62,643 bases of DNA, filler included, from Globobulimina sp. (GCA_003354225.1; 23 parts of 23 records of this genome joined end to end with filler, not necessarily neighbours in it); one strand, 5' to 3'. Positions 23,476 through 35,928 are shown, numbered from the whole stretch's first letter. Translations and numbers: made by a program. The notes: generated from the letters alone by a model not told the origin.

Positions 23476-24459
23476 TTACATAGATTGTGCTTGCCAATAT
23501 TGTGTAACTTGTCTCACGAACTTCTTTGCCTGTCCTTCCTTGAAACCCATACTCTGCAAATCATGCAATGTCAAGTCCTGCCAAACTGCAACATCCTCAT
23601 AGCCCAATTCCTGTATCAATTTCCCCGAATACTGATCCAACTCCCATTCTTTTAACAACTTTACCGCCTCAGCCAAACCGCCTCCACTCTGAACCTCATT
23701 CACATCCTTTATCTCATACACTTTCTTTCCAACATGTTTCCGATTGTGTTTATCCGCATAATTATACGCCAAATTCACGCCATCCTGTTCAAACAACCTC
23801 GCTTTTTTATACACCATATGTGATATTGTCTTATATTGATAAAATAGTTTATGATGCAATTGTATCTCACACACAACCTTCGTGCCGGGACAGTATATAT
23901 TCACCAACAAATCTCTATACCCAAACGGCATTTCCTTCGCATTAAATCGATCCTTACAGCGCAATATGCCCACACTGCCTCGCCGCCGCGCTAAGCGTTC
24001 AATCATTGCCCAGCATTTGTACAAATCATTGCAGCTCTCAAACAGCAGCGAGCAACGCAACACATCTGTGAATTGTTTGAAGCCATCGTTACTTTTCATG
24101 CCATAGACATAGAATGCTTTGTAAAAAGCGCGCTCAATGTTTTTGCCCTTAGCCCCACCGCATTGGTTCAAGAAACCAAACGCTTTGCTACAATGCGCTG
24201 ACAACATTTGTAGCCAACCCCTAAACTCTCCAATGTGTAAGTTCGTGCCGGCAAATATTAGCTCTATAAATGAGTCCATCTCAGACACCGGTTTTGGTTT
24301 GTTTTCATATTCGACGATATTGCGCGCAAACATTCGCCGCGCATTCTGCTGTTCCTGTCTTTGCTGTTCACCATATTGAGAATTAAACAAGTTCTCCACC
24401 AAAATAATATTATTCAAAAAGGTATTGATTTCATGCAAATTAATGATTTGTTCAAGTAA
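23476..24459 (-). CDS. RelA/SpoT-like nucleotidyltransferase (alarmone-synthetase fold) with C-terminal SAM domain; 5'-truncated
   Basis: Ordered motifs KGKNIERAFYK / FTDVLRCSLL / KDRF..PFGYRDLLVNI / CEIQL parallel the Rel synthetase motifs; SAM LLKEWELDQY..LQSMGFKEGQAKKF. Confidence 0.8.
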   Translation of the reverse strand, partial: LLEQIINLHEINTFLNNIILVENLFNSQYGEQQRQEQQNARRMFARNIVEYENKPKPVSEMDSFIELIFAGTNLHIGEFRGWLQMLSAHCSKAFGFLNQCGGAKGKNIERAFYKAFYVYGMKSNDGFKQFTDVLRCSLLFESCNDLYKCWAMIERLARRRGSVGILRCKDRFNAKEMPFGYRDLLVNIYCPGTKVVCEIQLHHKLFYQYKTISHMVYKKARLFEQDGVNLAYNYADKHNRKHVGKKVYEIKDVNEVQSGGGLAEAVKLLKEWELDQYSGKLIQELGYEDVAVWQDLTLHDLQSMGFKEGQAKKFVRQVTQYWQAQSM

Positions 24460-24559
24460 NNNNNNNNNNNNNNNNNNNNNNNNNNNNNNNNNNNNNNNNN
24501 NNNTTAATTAATTAANNNNNNNNNNNNNNNNNNNNNNNNNNNNNNNNNNNNNNNNNNNN

Positions 24560-26323
24560 TTTCGCTCTTATTTTTGATAAATTTCTTGCTTTTATTAATA
24601 ATGACATATGTTTTTCTTTCTTTTTTGACAATATATTGATTCTTCTTTCTTCCTTTTCTTTGATATAAAATGTTTTTAACTCTTCGATTTTTGATAATAA
24701 CTCATTTACCGACATTTCACACAAAAAACCAATATTTGCGGAGGTTGATGGATCAAATATTTCTTGTTTATTTTCTTTCATTTTTAGACTTATTTCCATT
24801 TCATATGCACGTATCTTAGATATTAATTCCTTTTTTCTTTTTAATTCTTTCTCTTGATTTTGAGTTTTTATTTTTTGATTAATTTCACTTTGTTTTAACA
24901 CCTTATCTCTTATTTCCTTATTCTTTTCTTCATGTTTTTGAATTGACTTAACAGCGTTTTCCTTATTTTCCCGTTTTATTCTTTGTGCGATTTCATGTTT
25001 TTTATTGAATAATTTGCGATCATTTTCTTTTTTTTCATCCATTTTTAGCTTCGATTCAATATTCATTGTTTGCGCAATAATATATTTTTCAGTCATTGTC
25101 GCTTTCACTGCTTTTTTAGCCAAAATTGCACTTTGTTGCATTTCATATTTTCTATTTTGAATCATTTCTATTTTATTAATTTCATCATTTAATAATTCTT
25201 TTTCTTTCCACTCATCGAATTCCATCGAATCTCGCAATCCGCATTCATATTCTTTTAACAATTTCGCTTCTTTTTGCTGCTCCCTTTGAAATAATGCATC
25301 TTCTCTTAAAATAGCTGCTGTATTCAATCGAACTGTGCAATCTTTGTCAAAATTTGGTATTTTATGCGGCTTTTTCGTACATTGCATCGAATCCTCAATT
25401 TGCTTATTCACGAAGCAACGAATCGTTTCTATGTTTAATGGTCGTTTTGCTGTTTCCGATTGGAATGATTTAATTGTTTCATATTTTTTGGTGGTTTGTC
25501 GTGTTACTTTTTCTTTTCGTTTTTGCTTTTTATCCTCAATTTTGTCAACAGAAATGTTATACGTCGCTTTGGGAACATTCTGCGATTTAAATTGTGGATA
25601 TTGCACCGGTTTCGCTTTTTGTTTTGGCAAAGTTTTAGATAATTTAAATGGTTTTGGTTGAGTTGATTTTAATTTGTTGGTTGCTCCAAAATCTATTTTT
25701 AACTCATTAGATAATGATGTCGAACGTAATAGATTTTTCGCAGATATTTGGATTAATAATTTTTTAATTTTGGGTTGAAGTGATAACATTGGCTCAATTA
25801 TATGCAATTTGACAAATGTGTGGTCAAAGGATGATAACAATGTTGTTTCTATAAATTTATTGCGGAGAGATTCTTCAAATATATATGTTAAAAAATTAAC
25901 CATCTTCGTCGCATCGGAGACTATGATCAATTGTTTAAATATTTTGAATTCAAATTGTTGTGAATGAGATTTATCAATATCGTTATTATAAAATATAAGC
26001 AAATATAGGTATATGCAGTATAAAATGTAATCTTTTTTTAATGTTTCGCGACGATGTTTTTCGTAGTAGTTTTCGCATAAAATATTTATATTTTCGTTAC
26101 GCCGCTCAATTCCATACAATATATTCTTCAAAAAGTTGATTGTGTTTTCATCAGTTATTTTCTTAGTTTTTATCCATTCGTTTGCATGCGTTGATGGTGT
26201 AACACGTTGTGGATTGTAGCTAGATAGTAATTCAACAGCAAACGATATCTGTTCGCGGTACGACGGAGGTTTTTCATTTACTGTTTTCGACTGAGATGTT
26301 GAAATTTCGCTTCCTGTCATCAT
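24560..26323 (-). CDS. CFAP99: Cilia- and flagella-associated protein 99-like, 3'-truncated
   Basis: TQPKPFKLS, VRLNTAAILREDALFQ, GLRDSMEFDEWK, FDPSTSANIGFLCEMSVNEL. Confidence 0.8.
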
Positions 26324-26437
26324 CAAAGCAACAAATAATTTAGCAATTGCAAGTTATTATGGTTTATAATGAGAAGCTTTGACGTTATCACCATTTACAA
26401 AAAGGTCATAATACAATCCTTGCACAATATGTGTTTA

Positions 26438-27096
26438 TTATTTGGTAGAATATAATTTATGGAATTGAGCATGTAAGTTCTTAGTATATTCATCCAGTTT
26501 CCTGACCACAGAGTCCAATTTATTCACTTCCTCGACAAGATCGTCAATTTTCGTTAATTCAGACATTAACTCATTTTCTTGCTGATTCATAATATCCATC
26601 GATTGTACCAACAATTTTGCTCTTTGCGTCATATCAATATATTCAATGGCGGATTTATTATTTAATTCCCTTAATAAGCTGTAATCAATCCGTGATGACT
26701 GGATTTCATTTATTAAACAGGCTGCTAAACTATGCATTACTTTACTTGTGGCAGTGGCAGCGGATTGCGATGATGATACCTTTTGTTTACTTTGTGACTG
26801 CTTTTCGTCTGACTCTGTGCTTGCGTTTGTGATTGGTTTTGTTGGTAATTGCACTGTCACGGAAGACATTGGCTCACTGTCTGATTGGAGAGGTAGTTGT
26901 TGTTTAGACTCATTTGATGCGTCTTGTTTAGATTCAGGTTGTGATTGAAGATCTGTTTGGATGTCGTCTGTTGGGTTTGTTTCTGGTTCGGACTGTTTCT
27001 CTTCAATCAGGTTTATTTGCTGTTCCTTCCATTGAATAAAACATATTTTATAAGTTCAAATGGACATCACAAAACTTGTTTGATCGTCTCTGACAT
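26438..27096 (-). CDS. BLOC1S2: BLOC-1 subunit 2 with acidic N-terminal extension; intron 27020-27075
   Basis: DYSLLRELN...IDDLVEEVNKLDSVVRKLDEYTKNLHAQFHKL matches the BLOS2 pattern; upstream ATG exon MSETIKQ splices in frame. Confidence 0.8.
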
Positions 27097-27405
27097 GTTC
27101 CAAATGATTTCGTCAGACTAGAGCTTTTCTGCTGTAGATAGACAAGAAAACACATGGGTTGTGTTAATGAGACTTTTGCAGAAAATGNNNNNNNNNNNNN
27201 NNNNNNNNNNNNNNNNNNNNNNNNNNNNNNNTTAATTAATTAANNNNNNNNNNNNNNNNNNNNNNNNNNNNNNNNNNNNNNNNNNNNTATTTTTTGGTGA
27301 AATTAATCATTGCGTACGTTTCCTAAAAGTATGATTCAAAAAGAGACTATCCTTGCACTGACAGCACCGTTTTAATTTCAGAGTTTTGACCGATTGATCA
27401 CAATT

Positions 27406-28761
27406 TTATTTGACGAAAAACAAAAGACTTGATTTTTGTTGCTTTTTTTTCACATCATTTATCATCGTTTTCATGGCATAATATTTAATATAATCCTCCC
27501 TTAATACATTAAGCATAGCTCGCGTCGTATTGGTCATTGGATGTATTTTAGGCGTACCCGTATATTGCTCAATATTAATTATATTTTGCTTAACTAATTC
27601 CTGTTGAACGAGTTTAGCAATCTCTCTGCCCAACGTCGGATTGGATGAAACTAACAATTCCTCCTCACTTAAACTGCGATTATTGTTGCCGTTATTATGA
27701 TTATTGCTGTTATTATGGTTATTTTTCTTTTTCTTGCCATCAAATTTATTGTGGTCAATGTATGGAAATGGCACAATTACAGCATTTATGCCATCTAATT
27801 TTAATTCATATTTATATTTTGTATATTCATCGTCAATCATTTGAATATACCTTTTTATTTTGCTTATTTTTTTAGGAATACAATGCGGGGCTAAATCCAA
27901 TACATTTCTGTGTCTATTATTATTATTATTGGTGTCCTCAACACAGACACCATATCCTTGATACCCCTGCATATCACACGACATATCGTTATTATTCCTG
28001 CTATTTCTGTTATTTTCCTGTCGCAGCGTAAGGAAATGACTTTGTTTTTTTAATTGCATTTGTTTCCCCTCGATTTGATTTATTTTTGCTTTCAATAATT
28101 TATTATGTTTCCGATAACATTGTAACGTGTGCGATATCTCCATGTTATTATCGTATGTGCGTAGTAACAGTTTATTTAATTCCTGTCTTCGTTTCGCTTC
28201 TCGCATGCCATCATACTTAAATTGTGCATTATTTATTTTATTTTTGCATTCGTAATATCTCTGTTTGATTTCTATCATATTTCTTGTTGGCCGCTTGCTT
28301 GGTTTGCACGCATTGTATCGATCAATAATTACACTCCATCGATTGCCAAAATTATTGCAAAGTGTTAGTAATAAATCCGTTTCATAGCGAGTCCATTCCA
28401 TGGACGACAAACCAATGCGATGATAACTCTCATTTGCATTCTTTCCATTTGCGCCGTACGATATTATTTCTTTCTTATGTTTGGATAAAAAGGATAAGTT
28501 TCGTGAACGTATTTGTTTGTTGTCGGACTGGTCACGCGTCCATAATGACATTTTTATTGATTGCGATTTTGGAGCATTCACACTTTGTAATTTCCATTGG
28601 TTTTTCAATTTTCTTTTTTTGCACTGTTTCCGTAACGTTTGGCATTTGGCCAACTTGTACACTATTTTTTGCTGTGAACACACTTTAATTTCGGGCACTG
28701 GACGTCCTTCAATTATATCCTGCGCAGATAATTTTTGAACTCCTTGTCCTGATGCAAACAT
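27406..28761 (-). CDS. DMAP1: DMAP1/Swc4-like SANT-domain subunit (NuA4/SWR1)
   Basis: WTRYETDLLLTLCNNFGNRWSVIIDRY, EIKQRYY, YDGMREAKRRQELNKLLLRT. Confidence 0.75.
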   Translation of the reverse strand: MFASGQGVQKLSAQDIIEGRPVPEIKVCSQQKIVYKLAKCQTLRKQCKKRKLKNQWKLQSVNAPKSQSIKMSLWTRDQSDNKQIRSRNLSFLSKHKKEIISYGANGKNANESYHRIGLSSMEWTRYETDLLLTLCNNFGNRWSVIIDRYNACKPSKRPTRNMIEIKQRYYECKNKINNAQFKYDGMREAKRRQELNKLLLRTYDNNMEISHTLQCYRKHNKLLKAKINQIEGKQMQLKKQSHFLTLRQENNRNSRNNNDMSCDMQGYQGYGVCVEDTNNNNNRHRNVLDLAPHCIPKKISKIKRYIQMIDDEYTKYKYELKLDGINAVIVPFPYIDHNKFDGKKKKNNHNNSNNHNNGNNNRSLSEEELLVSSNPTLGREIAKLVQQELVKQNIINIEQYTGTPKIHPMTNTTRAMLNVLREDYIKYYAMKTMINDVKKKQQKSSLLFFVK

Positions 28762-28802
28762 GGTTCGACTTAACAAAAGTTTTTAGCTCAGACTAGTACA
28801 TA

Positions 28803-29723
28803 ATGTTGAAGCAAAGCGTGCGTAGATTTAGCGATTCGGTGCGAAGCAACATCAGAAGCATAGGGGTGGTGGGTGGAGGTCAAATGGGTATCGGTATAGC
28901 GATAACGGGTGCATTGTACGCGAAAAAGAATATCATTGTAATGGATAGTGATAAGTATGCATTGGAGAAATCGTTATCATTTGCACGCTCATGGTTTAAT
29001 GATCGAGTCAGTAAATCCAAATTAAGCCAAGATGACGCAAACCGTGCGATGTCTCATATTGATGGATGTACAGATTTGGATACATTTAAAACAGTGGATT
29101 TTGTGATTGAGGCCGTAACGGAAAATGAGAGAATAAAAAAAGATATATTTGAAGCACTGGATAATGTTTGTAAACCCGATGTTATTTTAACATCAAATAC
29201 CTCGTCCATACCAATTGCACGTATTGCTTCGTGGACAAATCGTGGCGCACAAGTTTGCGGCATGCATTTTATGAATCCAGTGCCCATTATGCAATTGGTT
29301 GAGATTATACCATCCATTGTGACAAATGAAGAGACCTTACAAACTGTCACTAATTTAGCCATTGGAATGGGGAAAGAAACGAGTTTAAGCAGTGATGTTG
29401 CCGGATTTATTGCAAATAGAATATTGATGCCGTATATCAATGAGGCGGTGTTTTGTTTGGCGGATGGCATTGCAACAAAGGAAGATATTGATAAGACGAT
29501 GAAATTGGGGACGGCAGTACCAATGGGACCATTGACTTTGGCTGATTTTATTGGAATTGATACATGTTTGTTTATTCAGGAAACGTTATATAAATCATTT
29601 GGTGATAGTAAATATAGGCCATGTCCGCTGTTATATAGAATGGTCGAAGTTGGATGGTTGGGGAAAAAATCTGGTAAAGGATTTTATGATTATGACGCAC
29701 CAAAAAAATCCGAAACAAAATAG
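28803..29723 (+). CDS. 3-hydroxybutyryl/3-hydroxyacyl-CoA dehydrogenase with mitochondrial-type presequence
   Basis: GVVGGGQMGIGIA, VIEAVTE, SNTSSI, GMHFMNPVP, GFIANRIL, PMGPLTLAD; N-terminus MLKQSVRRFS. Confidence 0.95.
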   Translation: MLKQSVRRFSDSVRSNIRSIGVVGGGQMGIGIAITGALYAKKNIIVMDSDKYALEKSLSFARSWFNDRVSKSKLSQDDANRAMSHIDGCTDLDTFKTVDFVIEAVTENERIKKDIFEALDNVCKPDVILTSNTSSIPIARIASWTNRGAQVCGMHFMNPVPIMQLVEIIPSIVTNEETLQTVTNLAIGMGKETSLSSDVAGFIANRILMPYINEAVFCLADGIATKEDIDKTMKLGTAVPMGPLTLADFIGIDTCLFIQETLYKSFGDSKYRPCPLLYRMVEVGWLGKKSGKGFYDYDAPKKSETK

Positions 29724-30015
29724 TGTGCAGTGTTCATTTTTCATACAAAATACTTATTCTCAAAAACATTGCTAATCGTTTTGGACGCATATTTATAATG
29801 TTTTTATACAAAAACCCGTTTGTGCCATCAATTTGTGATTTTGTACCATGTATACATTTATAATATTAAACTCATACAATTATCTAAATATACAACGAAG
29901 AGAAATTCTTCATCANNNNNNNNNNNNNNNNNNNNNNNNNNNNNNNNNNNNNNNNNNNNTTAATTAATTAANNNNNNNNNNNNNNNNNNNNNNNNNNNNN
30001 NNNNNNNNNNNNNNN

Positions 30016-32515
30016 TTAATTCATTGTAACACGAAGCCATATGTTGTTGGAATTGTTTGTATTGACTCGAATTATATCCACCCATCGCATCTATCATTTG
30101 CTTACAAATCTTCATCGGAGGCGGCCAGGGCTTGGGGTCATCGCCATAAATAAAACCAAAATCAATGTGAAACAAATGTCCATTATTTGTAATCAACAAA
30201 TTATCCAAATGTCTGTCGCCGACACCCAACAAAAACGTGATGACACAGTACCCACTGCAGGATCGCACAAACGTATCCACGTTTTTTTGATATTGCTTTG
30301 CTTTCACATTTGTTGCAATCGAATGAGTCAAAAATGAGGATATATTATCATCGAATTTCTTTAATATGCCTGCGATGGCTGTACTATTTGGTACATACTC
30401 CAACATTCCATGATCGATTCCTGTGGCCAACACCGGGTACGCTGTCAAACATAAATCCAAATTGACCTCTCTTAGAAGCACATCCATCAAATGTATCATT
30501 TGGATGATTAGCTGATCCTGACGCAAATCGTCGCCATTCTTCCATATTATTTTGTAAAACTCGTCATTTTCCAAATCAATGTAAGACTCTTCTTTTTCCT
30601 CCGTATTATCCCTTTTTCCTTCATTCTGCTCATTACCATCATCATTGTCGCCGTCTCGATATATCCGAAAGGTCAACAAAAAAGGACACAGTGCGGATTT
30701 AAACACAGTACATTTGTCCGCCTCGATGCCGCTGACTCTTATTTCGGGCCGTAACGGCATTACCGGCGGTTTCTCGAAACATTGCAAATGCGCAAACTTC
30801 CCCTTCTTACTCAGCGCAAACCGCAATGCTTTCTTCTTATCCTCGGCTCTGCCTTTTACACTGCCATAGATTTCCAACGATAACTCGCATAATTGATCGA
30901 TTAATAGCTTTTGTCTTTGTATTTCCTCATAATACGCAGGTGCTAACTCTCGTGTTTCTGTCTCTATTTTAGTTAAAAAGAATGAATATCTCCGATCGTC
31001 ATTATACAGATTAATGTCATCCGTCTTCTCTGCTTTGGCCGCAACCACAACACTCCAATATAGAAAATTCAGCAAACGGAAGGTTTTGCTTTGCAAGGAC
31101 CGGTCCAACAGAAACTGTCCGAGAATGAGATTATTAGTGTCCGGCTCGAAACGTATGGCCTGCACTAACTGCATGACACAAAATTCTAAGTCTTTGTCAG
31201 AAGCTCGATCCCGTAGTACATTAATGCCATGGCCTCGGAACAAGGGATGGACGAAATGGCCGCTGAGCAATTCCAAGGCATCCGAAACGTCGATGGCTTG
31301 CCATTTATCGATCAAATCCAACGCAATGTTCACCTCTTCAACGCAGCTTTGATTGACAGTGTATAAAAATTTGGTCAATGCGTGCTTATCATCGATTAAA
31401 TAGTTCCTGAATTTCCATAATAAGTCTCGGTCCTCCTCATTATGGAAATTTATAGAGGATCGCAACAGATTTTGTATTTTCTGTGTTTCCATCGTTGTGG
31501 GACGCACATCGTTGTTGTTATGGGTCATTGTGAAATGTTTGCCCAATTTCTTGTTCTTTTCCAATACGGGGTTTCTTTGTTTATTATTCATTTCTGGGTC
31601 GTACAAGAAATGCATATTTAAATTATTTATGTTATGCAATTTATACTTTTTACCTTTGGCCTTTTCTTGATATACGACGTGATGTCCAAGGTTTGGCAAA
31701 TCAACGTATAAATATATAGCAGCTCCATCGCCGCTTGTTTTGCTTTTGCCTCTTTTCTTATTTTTGCTGGCAATGCTGCTGATTTTCAACAAACGGCGGT
31801 TTGTCAATGCATCCAACCACGGAACCTGCGGTATTTTGCGCATTAATTTCATGGTTAAAACTGCCTCCAACTGATCCTCGACAGTTAACTGACGGTTTAA
31901 TTTACAAAACAATGTTTGCGAATCGATACAGCCGTCGCCAGCGCAATGTTTTTTTAATCGTAATTTGTGTCTGCCATATCTCAGAATGCGTTGTTCGAAC
32001 AATGGCAATGTTACACCGCCTAAAATGCGTCGATTTAATCGTACACAGTCTTCGCGCCACTCGTTATATAATGAGACACTTTCATTCATTGACGAGATCG
32101 TTGAATTATATACTTTCAAAACTGGCGATACCGCATACAAAGTAAATGTAATTTGTGTATCACGAGAAATATCACAAAAACGAACTGGAAATTTGATCCA
32201 TTCATTCCATTCACAATATGATGAACTAAATTGTTTGCATTCACAACAAACTGGCAATCCCAAACGCATTCCTTTTTGATACAGCTCCGCTTCAATGTAA
32301 CATTCATACGATGAGCAACATGTTGTTGCTGAACAATATAAATCGGATTCTTGTTCCAATACATTTACTGCTCCTTTTGTTGTTAATTTGTTTTGTTTTC
32401 AAGTATACTGAAACACCGAACAGCAAAATAAATAAATACCTAATCCTGTTATACAATGTATTTTGACCATCACATTGTACTGAACGTCTGATGACAGGTA
32501 AAAATATACTTCCAT
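30016..32515 (-). CDS. VPS34: Class III PI3-kinase Vps34, 3'-truncated; intron 32368-32439
   Basis: N-exon MEVYFYLSSDV, C2 WNEWIKFPV, helical DALELLS, kinase KNGDDLRQDQL, GVGDRHLDNLL, HIDFGFI, PKPWPPPMK. Confidence 0.96.
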
Positions 32516-33196
32516 GTTCTGTCTACTCTCAACTTAAAAAAAACAAAACTCCGACATACATATCCAGATATATCTCATTTATATTTTTCTCTGTGGAGAC
32601 TGTCCTCGCAACTACATATTTGCTCTTTTTGTGCAACCGTGTTNNNNNNNNNNNNNNNNNNNNNNNNNNNNNNNNNNNNNNNNNNNNTTAATTAATTAAN
32701 NNNNNNNNNNNNNNNNNNNNNNNNNNNNNNNNNNNNNNNNNNNAATTATAAGATTGCATATTTCAATGCGAATTTGCGTTGAGTTCTATAAGCGATATCA
32801 TTGTATTTTTGTTGTTTTGTTTTGTGTTTTGATTTGTTTTGTGTTTGTTTATTGTGTTTGTTTCTTGTTCTTGCTGTCATAATTTAACCTTAATTTATCA
32901 TGAGATGCTACGGATTTCGTAACCTTAAATTAATATATCATGAGATATAAAACGTTTGCACTTTGCAGCTGAGATAAAAAAATGAACAAAGTTAGCAAAC
33001 AAGTACTTAAGTGAAGCTGTGACACATTAACTTATAATCCAATATTTGAGACACAAAAACCAGTGCAAATCCATCCAATATTTGAGACACAAAAATAAAT
33101 TTATAATTGAATGGAATGTATGCAATGGAATATATTGTTAAAAGTCAAGGGAAATATTTATGTAGTTTTGCAATGAAAACAAGATTAAACAAATAA

Positions 33197-34444
33197 TTAA
33201 ATTTCTTCTTTATCGTTAACCTTTCTCTTTGCGTTATTTTTCAACAAAAACATTCTTTTTTGCTTTGTTAATTGTGTCAACGCACAATGTGATATTCGTC
33301 TTTTTTGTTTTTCTCTTAAGATCATATGATATGGATCTTTATTATTGTCTTTTCTTTTAAATTGTGCATCGATTGATTTTGATATAATATCTGCAGAAAT
33401 TTGAAAAAAATCATCTTCATTTGTAAGTTTAATATTTTCTAAGGTTAACACGCTAAGACAATCCACCACGGGTTTCCTAAATTTATTCCTCAACGATTTT
33501 GCTCTACATTTTAACTCAGCAATGCATTTCTCACTACCACTCACAGAAAACATATTATTTCCAAATAATAAATCTGTAATTGTTTCCATCAATTTATTGT
33601 ATGTTTTAGCAGCACATTTTGTCGATATCCAATCACATTTATAACTTGGTTCACCCAAAATTAACATAAAAGCATCATTTGTCACCAGCTTCAAAGTTGT
33701 TGGTGCCAATAATGACAAAGCTACCTCTAAACTATACGCAATGGGTAATTGTCTTTGTGTTTCTTCGGAAATATTTGAATTTTTTAATAATTTATAAAAT
33801 GCATTGAAATCTTTCTCTGCTGTACCTCCCTTAAAATAAAATTCGCAAATTCCACACAAATGATCAAAAGTGTATTAGTTAACTTTGTTTTTAATATTTT
33901 CTATATGAAAAAATATATTTTTTAAACCAAAATTGCTTAGCCATAATATTTCTGACTGTTTACAACCAGTCTCTTGCACTTTTATTGTAAATGGTGCGGC
34001 TGCTTTAACAAACTCTTTGTCCTTTTTTTTTTCAGTAATTGTTAAATTTTCCATGATTGTTTCAATTTGTTGTTGCTGCAATTCAACTTCTTTAGCAATA
34101 TCATTCATGCGCTTTGCCATATTTTCCTGTTTTTGTTTTGCTTGTAATTGTTTTTTATGTTCTTTTTTATTCCTTAATTCTTTTTTTCTATTTTCAATTC
34201 GTTGTTTTTTTGTTTTATGACTTTGTAACAATGCTACTTCTTCGTTATCAAAATTATTATTATTGTTATTTGATTCATAATTATTTCTTCCTCGTTTGGT
34301 ACGATTTGATTTATTTGTGTTTTCTGTATTTTCATCACATGACATACATACATCACCACATAATGCACACAGTGGTTTCTTACAATTGCCTGCACATAGC
34401 TGATGGGTTTCACTTTGCTGACAGTCAATGCATAACAATGCCAT
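33197..34444 (-). pseudogene. Zn-finger + coiled-coil protein split by one in-frame TAA (33875-33877)
   Basis: ORFs 33875..34444 and 33197..33859 are in the same frame (KNKVN*YTFDHLCGIC); N-terminal Cys/His cluster CIDC..HQLCAGNC..CALC..CMSC. Confidence 0.55.
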
Positions 34445-35019
34445 TTATATTCGTTTCCCAATAAAAAAACATCTGCAAAACAACACTAGAAAATCTGTGT
34501 GAATCTTAAAAATGACATTCATTTTTTATGTGATCTATATATGTGATCTCTGTGATTTATAAAGTATTTTTATTTAGCAGTGATCGAATATGAAAGTATT
34601 TTGTGATTATGCAGTATTTATTCAGCGGAATGTTTGGTGTTTGCAGGACAATCAATGGATGGACAATGGTGATTATGCAGGACAATCAATGGATGGAATG
34701 TTTGGTGTTACGAAACAATGGATGGACATTGAAAAGGAATTTTCAACACACAAAAAATGATTCTTGTCATGTAAATATAGTCTTGTCATTTTCATCATGG
34801 CTCCCAACAATTGTTTTTGTGTGTTTTAATTTATACTGTGTTTGCTAACCACCATCGCATATTGAATATTTTCCTTGCATTCTTGAATTTGCACTACATT
34901 CAGAGATATAACACACCACATAACTATATGATAACAATGAAGCTGACAGATTTACAAAATCCTTCATAGTTATGCAAAAATCCTTCATAGTTATGCAAAA
35001 AAGCAGCTGATTCAAACAT

Positions 35020-35371
35020 TCCGGGATATTTCCGTTTATTTTGGAACATTCCGTGATTATCACCGCCATTTCCCGTAAATTCCCCACAATATTCCCGGAC
35101 ATTTCCCCGCCATTTCCCGGAAATTTCCCCGCAATATTCCCGGAAATTTTCGGTATTTTTTACTATTTTTCAGAATTATGCATAGAAAAAAAAGTTGTAT
35201 GCATGAAATGAAATGAAAAAAAAAGTTGTATGCACGATTTTTTTCCCCGCCGTTTCCCGTAAATTTCCCCGCAATATTCCCGGAAATTTCCCCGCCAATT
35301 CCCGGAAATTTCCCCGCAATTTCCCGCAATATTCCCGGAAATTCCCCCGCAGTATTCCCGGAAATATCCCC
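35020..35371. repeat. GC-rich degenerate short-unit repeat (CCGCAATATTCCCGGAAATTTCC variants) in two blocks, running off the contig end
   Basis: Many copies of ATTCCCGGAAATTTCCCCGC. Confidence 0.9.
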
Positions 35372-35471
35372 NNNNNNNNNNNNNNNNNNNNNNNNNNNNN
35401 NNNNNNNNNNNNNNNTTAATTAATTAANNNNNNNNNNNNNNNNNNNNNNNNNNNNNNNNNNNNNNNNNNNN

Positions 35472-35928
35472 CATCGTCACATTGTTCATCGGAGTTATCA
35501 TTTTGCGAATTTGTGTCATCAAATTGTTGATATTCTTCATTTTTAATTAATATGTGATGCACTCCTTCGCTAAATGGCTCTAAACATGCAATGACAGCAT
35601 CGTTCATCGTGAATTCAAATATTCGTGGATCAACAACATGTTCTTCAGTTTGTAATACATCCAACAATGGAGATTTTTTCCATCCTTCATTTTGTGTCCA
35701 TGCTACCATAGATATAATGTCTAATCTTGATGCCACATATTCATATTTTAATGTTTCTGTATTAAATACTGGCAATGCTTCATAGTTATCAGTACTTAAA
35801 CTGATTAATGTTTCTTGCAATGTTGAATTAATATCAATAGATTTCATTCGTTTTTCATTATTTACAACCAGAGCCAAAGGAATATTCTGCAAAAATGCTT
35901 CATGGATTGAAGATCTTTTTCGAGACAT
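35472..35928 (-). CDS. CBS-domain protein, 5' part
   Basis: STLQETLISLSTDNYEALPVFN..ASRLDII and CLEPFSEGVHHILI resemble tandem CBS motifs. Confidence 0.7.

Noticed and set aside
33875-33877. Ciliate-type reassignment of TAA to Gln
   Set aside because: Conserved genes in the window (actin, BLOC1S2, amidohydrolase) end at TAA and have no internal TAA/TAG
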